Positions 18,244-24,492 of a stretch of 32,648 bases of DNA are shown piece by piece. Position numbers and translations under genes: made by a program. Every line of letters begins with the position of its first letter. The stretch's first letter is position 1. This DNA comes from a virus (taxonomy: Duplodnaviria; Caudoviricetes): positions 1 to 32,648 of IMG/VR virus record IMGVR_UViG_3300032227_001595; one strand, given 5' to 3'. Below the pieces are notes generated by a model. The model had not been told where the DNA came from, did not search any database, and saw nothing but the letters and a program-made list of their open reading frames with translations.

Positions 18244-18413
18244 CGAGTCTTCCTTCTGTGGTTGTGGAGCTGGTCACGGAGGATGCGGTTCTCGTCGCGC
18301 AGACGCTCAACTTCAGCGATGAGGTCCAACAGCACAGGCGCAGCGAAGATCTGCTTCTCCGCGTTCCGCGCGATCGAGGCCCGCAGAGCCTCCGTGTCCA
18401 GGGGCTTGGTCAT
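18240..18413 (-). CDS. Small coiled-coil protein, Ead/Ea22-like (57 aa), not in the ORF track
   Basis: ATGA overlaps at both ends; MTKPLDTEALRASIARNAEKQIFAAPVLLDLIAEVERLRDENRILRDQLHNHRRKTR*. Confidence 0.75.
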   Translation of the reverse strand: MTKPLDTEALRASIARNAEKQIFAAPVLLDLIAEVERLRDENRILRDQLHNHRRKTR

Positions 18414-18502
18414 CCGGCGGCCGCCAGGACGGCTGCGTAGCAGACCGCCATGCCCATCAGCAGGCCTGACAGGAACAGGAACGTGCCGAGGTCGGTCTTC
18501 AC
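18410..18502 (-). CDS. 30-aa single-TM membrane peptide, not in the ORF track
   Basis: GTGA overlap with the upstream stop and ATGA overlap downstream; MKTDLGTFLFLSGLLMGMAVCYAAVLAAAG*. Confidence 0.65.
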   Translation of the reverse strand: MKTDLGTFLFLSGLLMGMAVCYAAVLAAAG

Positions 18503-19074
18503 TTGGGCACCTGGTAGTCCATCGCCACGGAGACGCGGTATGCCTCGCGCCCGGCGGGGATGCTGGCCTTGCCCGGCAGCTTACCGAGCGCCCCGTCCGG
18601 CTGCATGATGACAGCGCGGGCGAGCACGATGCGGTGGCTGTCCTCCTCGACGTCGCCGATGAGCGTGGTGCCCTCGGTCAGCGCCAGGAGGATGCGGCCC
18701 TTGCGCGCCTTCTCCGCCTTCTCGGCGCGGAGCTTGGCGTGGTGACGGCGGAGACCCGCACCGCTGCTGGCCTTCATGGCAGCCTTGATGGCGATGCCCT
18801 TGCCGCGGTAGCCCGGCGTCGGGACGGTCTGCCCGACGGTCGCCAGGTACTCGGAGTACAGGCGCCACGCGAGCCGCACGTTCGAGCGCACGTTCGCGGT
18901 GAGGCTGTACAGGAACTCGGTCAGGTTGTCCTCGGTCACGTCGGTCACGGTGTTGAGGACGCGGCGCACGTTGTACTCGAAGGTACGCACGGACGCCTTG
19001 TCCATGTTCTGGGCGGACAGGTACAGGCTGAAGCCTGCAGGGACGGGGTTGGGACGAGGGGTCTTGGTCTTCAT
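18499..19074 (-). CDS. Integrase N-terminal (SAM-like core-binding) domain fused to a possible Sm-like domain (191 aa)
   Basis: AAGGAGG RBS before ATG 19074; FSLYL..QNMDKASVRTFEYNVRRVL...LTEFL...RLAWRLYSEYL; no tyrosine recombinase catalytic domain. Confidence 0.6.
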   Translation of the reverse strand: MKTKTPRPNPVPAGFSLYLSAQNMDKASVRTFEYNVRRVLNTVTDVTEDNLTEFLYSLTANVRSNVRLAWRLYSEYLATVGQTVPTPGYRGKGIAIKAAMKASSGAGLRRHHAKLRAEKAEKARKGRILLALTEGTTLIGDVEEDSHRIVLARAVIMQPDGALGKLPGKASIPAGREAYRVSVAMDYQVPK

Positions 19075-19104
19075 GCTGACGGCCTCCTTCGGTGCCGTGC
19101 AGTC

Positions 19105-19133
19105 ATAGTACACATACCTGCCGGTAGTGTGAA
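19105..19133 (-). promoter_or_regulatory. Sigma70-type promoter TTCACA-N17-TACTAT
   Basis: Read on the - strand: 17-nt spacer ending ..TGTG, about 30 nt upstream of ATG 19074. Confidence 0.65.
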
Positions 19134-19160
19134 GTAGAATCTGTAAGCCCGCGTGTGATT

Positions 19161-19664
19161 TCAGCGGAAGCGCACAGACCGCTTCTTCACCAGCTCGAAG
19201 CCCAGGGGCAACGCCACTCCTCGACGGGCGGCATCCGTCAGACCCTTCTTGTCGACAGACTTCGTGACCCTGATGTAGTCCTCCGGCCACAGCCGCTGGT
19301 CGTCAGGGACGTGCAGGCTCTCGCTCTCCGCCAGCCAGGCCGAGTACGACTGACCGCGGAGGCGGGGCTCCATGCCCATCGTCTCCATCTCCATGAGCAT
19401 GGAGGTCGCGTACCCACGGACGCGTTCCTCAGCCGCGGCGAGCGCGCGCCGGCGAGAGGCCAGCCGTTCCTCTTCGTCCTTGAGGAGCGACTGCTCCTGC
19501 TCCAGCCGGCGGGCGGCATGGATGCACGCGCCCACCTTGTCCTCGCTCGCGTTCACCCAGGCGGCCAGGACTGCCTCGGTCTCGTCGGTCAGAACCCCGC
19601 CGTCATCAGCGATGGCCTCCATCAGTCGACGGGCCTGCTCCACGAGTTCCCATGCGGTCGGCAT
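19161..19664 (-). CDS. Siphovirus Gp157-family (Gam-like) protein, 167 aa
   Basis: AGGAG RBS; EDKV..C....R.LE.E...LK.E..RL..RR, then WPEDYIRVTKSVDKKGL...G..L.GFELV...S.RFR pattern. Confidence 0.85.
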   Translation of the reverse strand: MPTAWELVEQARRLMEAIADDGGVLTDETEAVLAAWVNASEDKVGACIHAARRLEQEQSLLKDEEERLASRRRALAAAEERVRGYATSMLMEMETMGMEPRLRGQSYSAWLAESESLHVPDDQRLWPEDYIRVTKSVDKKGLTDAARRGVALPLGFELVKKRSVRFR

Positions 19665-19680
19665 CTCGGCTCTCCTACAC

Positions 19681-19693
19681 GTAGTGTAGCACG
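19681..19693 (-). promoter_or_regulatory. Extended -10 promoter/motif CGTGCTACACTAC (copy 1)
   Basis: TG-c-TACACT followed by AC-N4-AGGAG; identical 13-mer at 23853-23865. Confidence 0.6.
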
Positions 19694-19796
19694 GGTAGTG
19701 GTGCGGGGCCACAGCGTGGGGCGCGCAGCGCGAAGACGGAGAGCGCCTTGGCTTCTTGCGACGAAAGGCAGATGGTTCTCGGCGTTGAACCGTCAC

Positions 19797-19920
19797 AAGA
19801 CGGACAAGTCGGATGAGACAGGTACTTTCCATATAGGGGTAAATAGCCCCTATACTACCTACCTCCCCCCTTCTACTCCTTCTTGATTTGATCTGTCTCA
19901 TCAGTCTTAGTGTCTTAGTA
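19797..19920. other. Putative replication origin (AT-rich core with inverted iteron-like repeats)
   Basis: GATGAGACAG (19812-21) and CTGTCTCATC (19893-902) form an inverted repeat extended by AAGAC-type units; central TATAGGGG/CCCCTATA palindrome; lies between the divergent early operons. Confidence 0.6.
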
Positions 19921-20038
19921 GAGGAACAACCTGGGCTTTTCGGAGGCGGATGGCAAGACAGAAGCCGGATGCCGCCGCCTCGCGCGGCGCCCGCCGGGGC
20001 ATACAGCGCGGCCCGCGAAAGAAAGTTGCACGAAGGAC

Positions 20039-20067
20039 TTGCACGTCCTGCGAGGTCAGAGTACAGT
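20039..20067 (+). promoter_or_regulatory. Sigma70-type promoter TTGCAC-N17-TACAGT for the rightward early operon
   Basis: Canonical spacing; followed by a leader hairpin (20075-20108) and GGAG RBS. Confidence 0.65.
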
Positions 20068-20120
20068 GGTTGCAGGTCGGGGACAGCAGACGCTCCACCC
20101 CCTCGACCGGAGACCGCAGC

Positions 20121-20327
20121 ATGTACCGTTCCGACTCTGACCGCCTCGACGCCATCGCCTCGCACCTCGCGTACATCATCGCGACCGAGACGAACCTCAT
20201 CAACGCGATGAACGCCCTCGCAGAGCAGGGCAACAACCGCGCCGCCGGAGAGGCGTACGCCGCCGCCTCCGTGCTCCGCTCCCTCAAGCTCATCAGCGAC
20301 GTGCTCGACACGCGCATCAAGGAGTGA
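20121..20327 (+). CDS. Hypothetical helical protein (68 aa)
   Basis: GGAG RBS; MYRSDSDRLDAIASHLAYII...; coupled to the next gene. Confidence 0.7.
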   Translation: MYRSDSDRLDAIASHLAYIIATETNLINAMNALAEQGNNRAAGEAYAAASVLRSLKLISDVLDTRIKE

Positions 20328-20329
20328 CC

Positions 20330-20866
20330 ATGTCGTACACCCCGACCGGCACGTTCACCTTCCAGTTCAACCCGTTCCGCCGGCACACGGACCAGGAGGT
20401 CACCGAGGCCATCCGCTACGCGCTCGGCATGGACCGCGGCGTCTGGGAGAACATCGCCAAGTTCACCGCCTCGCTTCTCGTGGCTCGCGGTTTTTCTGAC
20501 AACGACCACTACTTCGCCGTCTTCTCCAAGGTCTCTGAGGTGAACAACGGCTCGCTCACCGTGGACCAGTTCGCCTCGTGGCTCGACCACATGTTCCCCG
20601 GTGGCGGGGTGTGGCGGGAGGAGGAGGCCGCCCTGGAGGAGCAGGCCAACCGCCAGTACTTCGGCACGCAGGTGATGGGCCGCCGCAAGGAGAAGGGCCT
20701 CACCCGCACGGCTCTCGCCTGCATGGTCGGGGTCTCGCCCTCGAACGTGCAGCGGTGGGAGGACGGCATCACCATCCCTCGGGACCACATCATGGTCCGT
20801 CTCGGCAACGCTCTCGGAGTAAACCCCGCCCGCCTCTGGGCAGACGCCAACGGCGTGGAGTTCTAA
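20330..20866 (+). CDS. XRE/Cro-C1 HTH transcriptional regulator with an N-terminal extension
   Basis: C-terminal RRKEKGLTRTALACMVGVSPSNVQRWEDGITIP...RLGNALGV; AAGGAG RBS. Confidence 0.85.
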   Translation: MSYTPTGTFTFQFNPFRRHTDQEVTEAIRYALGMDRGVWENIAKFTASLLVARGFSDNDHYFAVFSKVSEVNNGSLTVDQFASWLDHMFPGGGVWREEEAALEEQANRQYFGTQVMGRRKEKGLTRTALACMVGVSPSNVQRWEDGITIPRDHIMVRLGNALGVNPARLWADANGVEF

Positions 20867-20869
20867 ACC

Positions 20870-21184
20870 ATGATCATCACCACCTTCATCTCCCCCGCCA
20901 TCTCCGACGTGACCGCCTACATCGGAGCCTGCCTCGGCTTCCCGTGCGACAGCGTGGCCGGCCTCGCGCTGTCCATCTGCAACCGCTCGAACATCCGCGA
21001 CCTGAAGACCCGCGCCTTGGTCCTCGCGGTGGTCGCCGATGCGGTTCATCAGGTGCAGCGGCAGGAGATGGCCGTCAACCAGGCTGCGGTGCTGCTGGAT
21101 GCCGCGTTCCCCTTCGACAAGCCCAACACCGTGGATGCGACCTGGGCCGAGACCGCCCACGTTACCCTTCCTCGGAACCGCTGA
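20870..21184 (+). CDS. Hypothetical protein (104 aa)
   Basis: GGAG RBS; 3 nt after the upstream stop; typical codon usage. Confidence 0.7.
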   Translation: MIITTFISPAISDVTAYIGACLGFPCDSVAGLALSICNRSNIRDLKTRALVLAVVADAVHQVQRQEMAVNQAAVLLDAAFPFDKPNTVDATWAETAHVTLPRNR

Positions 21185-21221
21185 AAGCCGAAACCCCCGG
21201 CAGGTGGTAGCCTGTCGGGGG
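21184..21221 (-). terminator. Intrinsic terminator on the - strand
   Basis: 11-bp GC-rich stem (21194-21204 / 21211-21221, one position imperfect) followed on the - strand by TTTCGGCTTT; no U tract on the + strand. Confidence 0.6.
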
Positions 21222-21283
21222 CATCAGCAGCACGGACCAGAACGTCTCCCTTCCTCCGCCTCTCACAGCTCAGGAGTTCGACA
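21185..21283 (-). ncRNA. Candidate antisense countertranscript RNA to the primase-helicase leader
   Basis: Bounded by the - strand promoter at 21289-21317 and the - strand terminator at 21184-21221; covers the AGGAG RBS at 21272-21276. Confidence 0.5.
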
Positions 21284-23805
21284 TGTCGACAGTACCTCAG
21301 TCAACCGCGCCCTGCAAGCAGGCCGCCAAGTTCTACGTCAAGGACCTCGGCCTCGCCGTGGTGCCGCTCAACGGCAAGATTCCCAACGCCAAGAAGTGGG
21401 AAGACGGGCACATCTGCACCGAGTCGCAGGTCGACGCCATCTTCAAGAACAGCCACAACGTGGGCATCGTGACGGGCCGCTACGCCCACGATGACCAGCC
21501 CAACCTGACCCGCGTCTGGGTTCTGGATGTCGACTGGAAGGAGGAGTACGTCCTCCCGGACGACGCCCCCGAAGGTGCCGAGCCGGCTCGTGTTCCCCCG
21601 ACGTGGGGTGACGATGGTCGTCCGGTCCGCACCGAAGGGACGACCCTCGTGAAGAACGGGTACGAAGCGCTCGACGAGATGCTCGCCCAGCACGGGCCGC
21701 TGCCGCCCACCTGGGTGGTCCGCACCGGGGGTGGCGGGACGCACTACTACTTCGTCATCCCGCAGGGAATGACCATCAGTGGGACGGCTGGCCTCCGCAA
21801 GCACATCGACGTGCGGGCTGACCGCGGCCAGTGCGCTGCTCCTCCCTCGGTCCACCCCGAGACGAAGCAGGACTACGAGTGGCACTGCACCGGCGACCAC
21901 ATCGCGGAGACCCCGGCGTGGTTGCTCGACATCGTCACCGAGAAGGACAGGAAGAACGCCGAGCGTGCCGAGGCTGCGCGTGCTGCGGCTGCTGCTCGCA
22001 AGGCGCAGACTCCGGCTGGCGGCAACGCTTCGCAGGAGGCGTCCCGTGAGCACGCTCTTCGCTGCCTCGCTCTCGCCGCGGATGACGTGCGCAAGGCGGA
22101 GGAGGGCACGCGCCACGACATGCTGGTGCGGAAGACCGTCTACATCTCGAAGTTGTACGGCGGTCGCGGCATCCTGAGCGACGAGGAGATCGAGGAGACG
22201 ATGACCCAGTCCGGCCTCGACTCCGGGCTGGAACCGGGCGAGGTTGAAAACGCGGTCATCTACGGGATGAACAAGGGGGAGCAGGGGCGCGATGCCGCCT
22301 ACCCCGTCACGCCCGTCAACAACCTCGCAGCAGGACAGGCCTTCATGAGTGCAGTCATCAGCAACATCACCGGCAACGGTGGTGGGACCACGCCTCCGCC
22401 TCCTCCCTCTCCTCCGCCCGGTGGTGGTGGGGGCAACGGTGGAGGGGCGCCCCCGCCGCCCGGCCCCGGCGCGCCGCCCCCCGCAGCAGGAGCGGCAACT
22501 CCGCGTGCGGCGACCATGCCGACCAGCCGGAACCCGGCGTACCCCGTCGACCCCACCACGTTCATGGCGATGAGCCGCCTGCCGGACACCTGGACCAACG
22601 GCATCCGCACCCGCTTCGGTGCGCCGAAGGGCATCCTCGCCAACATCACCGTGGTGCTGCGGATGGACCCGTCCTGGCAGAACCACTTCTGGCTCAACGA
22701 GATGACGGGGTTCATCATGTATTCCCCGCCCGTCCCGCTCGGTCAGGTGCGGACGAGCCGGCAGTTCTCCGACGCAGATGCGGTCCGCGTGGTCTGCATC
22801 CTCAACGAGCAGTACGACATCGCGGTCAGCGTCGAGAACGTGCACCACGCTGTGACCCTCGCCGCGGACTCCAACAAGCGGAACCCGCTGCAGGAGTACC
22901 TCCGCTCGCTGACGTGGGACGGGGTGAACCGCATCGACACCTGGCTGCAGACCTACATGGGCGTCGAGGACACCCCGCTCTACCGGAAGATGGGGCGCAA
23001 GTGGCTCATCGCCGCGGTTGCTCGCGCTCTCGACCCCGGCTGCAAGGCTGACGCCATGCTCATCGTGAAGGGGCCGCAGAACGCGGGCAAGTCGACGGCC
23101 TTCAAGGCGTTGGCCGGCACCGAGTACTTCTCCTGCACGCCCTTCGAGATGGACAGCAAGGACCGCTTCGACTTCCTCCGCGGCGTGTGGCTGTACGAGA
23201 TCGCCGAGCTGTCGAACTTCACCCGCGCCGACGCCAACGCGCTGAAGGGGTTCCTCTCCAGCCAGGTCGACAAGTACCGCCCGCCGTACATGCGGGTCGT
23301 CGCTGAGTTCCCCCGCCGCGTCCTGTTCTGCGGGACCACGAACGACGACCAGTTCCTCACCGACCCGACCGGCACTCGCCGCTTCTGGGTTGTGGAGAGC
23401 CAGCCCATCGTGGACGTGAGCGGCATCCTCACCGTGCGCGACCAGCTCTGGGCCGAGGCGTGCATCGCCTTCGCGCAGGGCGAGGAGTACTGGCTCGACC
23501 GCACGGACGAGGCGGCGCGGGCTGCGGACGCCGACCGCTACAGCCTGCACGACCCGCTGCTTCAGGCCACGGCGATGTACTGCAACAACCCGAACAACGA
23601 CAAGTTCACCGCGTCCTCCATCTGGGAGTTCATCACGGAGGACAAGAAGAAGCCGACGACTGGGGACGCGCGCCGCATCGGCAAGCTGGTGACCGAGGTG
23701 GGGACTCACGTCTACGCGAAGTACTACCTGCCGAACGGAACGCAGGTTCGCGGCTACGTCCGCAAGGGTGTATCGACGGCCAAGCCCACGACCTTCAAGC
23801 CCTGA
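21283..23805 (+). CDS. Bifunctional primase/polymerase (Prim-Pol) fused to a VapE-type SF3-like helicase, 840 aa
   Basis: AEP motifs VLDVD, VRTGGGGTHYYF, IDVRADRGQCAAPPSVH; PriCT-like GTRHDML; WDGVNRI, Walker A GPQNAGKS, Walker B YEIAEL, GTTN, DPTGTRRFW. Confidence 0.92.
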   Translation: MSTVPQSTAPCKQAAKFYVKDLGLAVVPLNGKIPNAKKWEDGHICTESQVDAIFKNSHNVGIVTGRYAHDDQPNLTRVWVLDVDWKEEYVLPDDAPEGAEPARVPPTWGDDGRPVRTEGTTLVKNGYEALDEMLAQHGPLPPTWVVRTGGGGTHYYFVIPQGMTISGTAGLRKHIDVRADRGQCAAPPSVHPETKQDYEWHCTGDHIAETPAWLLDIVTEKDRKNAERAEAARAAAAARKAQTPAGGNASQEASREHALRCLALAADDVRKAEEGTRHDMLVRKTVYISKLYGGRGILSDEEIEETMTQSGLDSGLEPGEVENAVIYGMNKGEQGRDAAYPVTPVNNLAAGQAFMSAVISNITGNGGGTTPPPPPSPPPGGGGGNGGGAPPPPGPGAPPPAAGAATPRAATMPTSRNPAYPVDPTTFMAMSRLPDTWTNGIRTRFGAPKGILANITVVLRMDPSWQNHFWLNEMTGFIMYSPPVPLGQVRTSRQFSDADAVRVVCILNEQYDIAVSVENVHHAVTLAADSNKRNPLQEYLRSLTWDGVNRIDTWLQTYMGVEDTPLYRKMGRKWLIAAVARALDPGCKADAMLIVKGPQNAGKSTAFKALAGTEYFSCTPFEMDSKDRFDFLRGVWLYEIAELSNFTRADANALKGFLSSQVDKYRPPYMRVVAEFPRRVLFCGTTNDDQFLTDPTGTRRFWVVESQPIVDVSGILTVRDQLWAEACIAFAQGEEYWLDRTDEAARAADADRYSLHDPLLQATAMYCNNPNNDKFTASSIWEFITEDKKKPTTGDARRIGKLVTEVGTHVYAKYYLPNGTQVRGYVRKGVSTAKPTTFKP
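21289..21317 (-). promoter_or_regulatory. Antisense sigma70-type promoter TTGCAG-N17-TACTGT inside the first codons of the primase gene
   Basis: Reverse complement of 21289-21317 is TTGCAG ggcgcggttgactgagg TACTGT, closely resembling the 20039 promoter. Confidence 0.6.
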
Positions 23806-23822
23806 ACGGATAGCACAACGTG

Positions 23823-23853
23823 ACCCCGTCCTCTTCGCGGAGGGCGGGGTTTC
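23823..23853 (+). terminator. Intrinsic terminator after the primase-helicase gene
   Basis: ACCCCGTCCTC-TTCGCG-GAGGGCGGGGT followed by TTCG; the U tract is short. Confidence 0.65.
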
Positions 23854-23865
23854 GTGCTACACTAC
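23853..23865 (+). promoter_or_regulatory. Extended -10 promoter/motif CGTGCTACACTAC (copy 2), upstream of the packaging operon
   Basis: Identical to 19681-19693 (-), and followed by N4-AGGAGG. Confidence 0.6.
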
Positions 23866-23884
23866 ATACAGGAGGCACCCAGTC

Positions 23885-24235
23885 ATGGCCAAGCCGCACC
23901 ACGTCGTCTCGCTCTTCGCGAACGCTGACACCGAAGCACCGACCGCACCTGATGCCATCCTCGCTCTGATGCAGCGGAAGGCTGCAGAGAAAAACCAAAA
24001 GTGGGAGAAGGTGCAGGAAGCCATCGTCGCGCGGTCCGCGGATGACGTGGCGTGGGAGCTTCTCGGCGTGGCGGTGACGGACATCAGCGAGAAGGGGGCC
24101 ACCCCGCTCGGGCGCACAGCCCTCAGCGAACTGCTGCGCATCGTCGTCTCGCTGAAGAAGGACGCCCCTGCCGACGAGAACAAGGACGGTCAGATCCTTG
24201 AGGTCAAGGACTGGCTCCGCAAGAAGGCCGAGTGA
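23885..24235 (+). CDS. Putative terminase small subunit (116 aa)
   Basis: AGGAGG RBS; helical; first gene of the operon containing TerL. Assignment is positional only. Confidence 0.45.
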   Translation: MAKPHHVVSLFANADTEAPTAPDAILALMQRKAAEKNQKWEKVQEAIVARSADDVAWELLGVAVTDISEKGATPLGRTALSELLRIVVSLKKDAPADENKDGQILEVKDWLRKKAE

Positions 24236-24492
24236 CCGAGGCCGAGTCGAACGCGCTCGCTGAGCGGCTGGCCGCCATCGGCTTCCGCTTCGGCCCAGGT
24301 GTGCGCGACACGCAGGGGCGGACGTGGGGACCCGACCTCTTGTTCCGTCAACACCCGCACGACCGGCTCGACCTGCGCGACCCGGCGACCTGCGGTGTCA
24401 TCATCGCGCGCGTGAACCAGGCGACGCTGTACGTCTACGCCCGTGACGCGGTCAGGCTCCTGGAGGAGGCGCATGTCGCTCAGTCAGGCTGA
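24232..24492 (+). CDS. Hypothetical protein (86 aa)
   Basis: GTGA overlap; LDLRDPATCGVIIA motif; overlaps the TerL start by 20 nt. Confidence 0.65.
   Translation: MTEAESNALAERLAAIGFRFGPGVRDTQGRTWGPDLLFRQHPHDRLDLRDPATCGVIIARVNQATLYVYARDAVRLLEEAHVAQSG

Noticed and set aside
18499-19074. Functional integrase
   Set aside because: No catalytic tyrosine-recombinase domain or R-H-R-Y residues follow the SAM-like part, and the downstream DNA is occupied by other coupled ORFs.
19700-20120. CRISPR mini-array or DGR template repeat
   Set aside because: Repeats are short, inverted and lack spacer periodicity; no cas or reverse transcriptase gene, and no duplicated ~100-bp adenine-variant segment was noticed.
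22370-22485. G-quadruplex or tandem-repeat element in the primase linker
   Set aside because: The G/C runs are explained by Gly/Pro codons of an inter-domain linker; no independent evidence of a DNA-level function.
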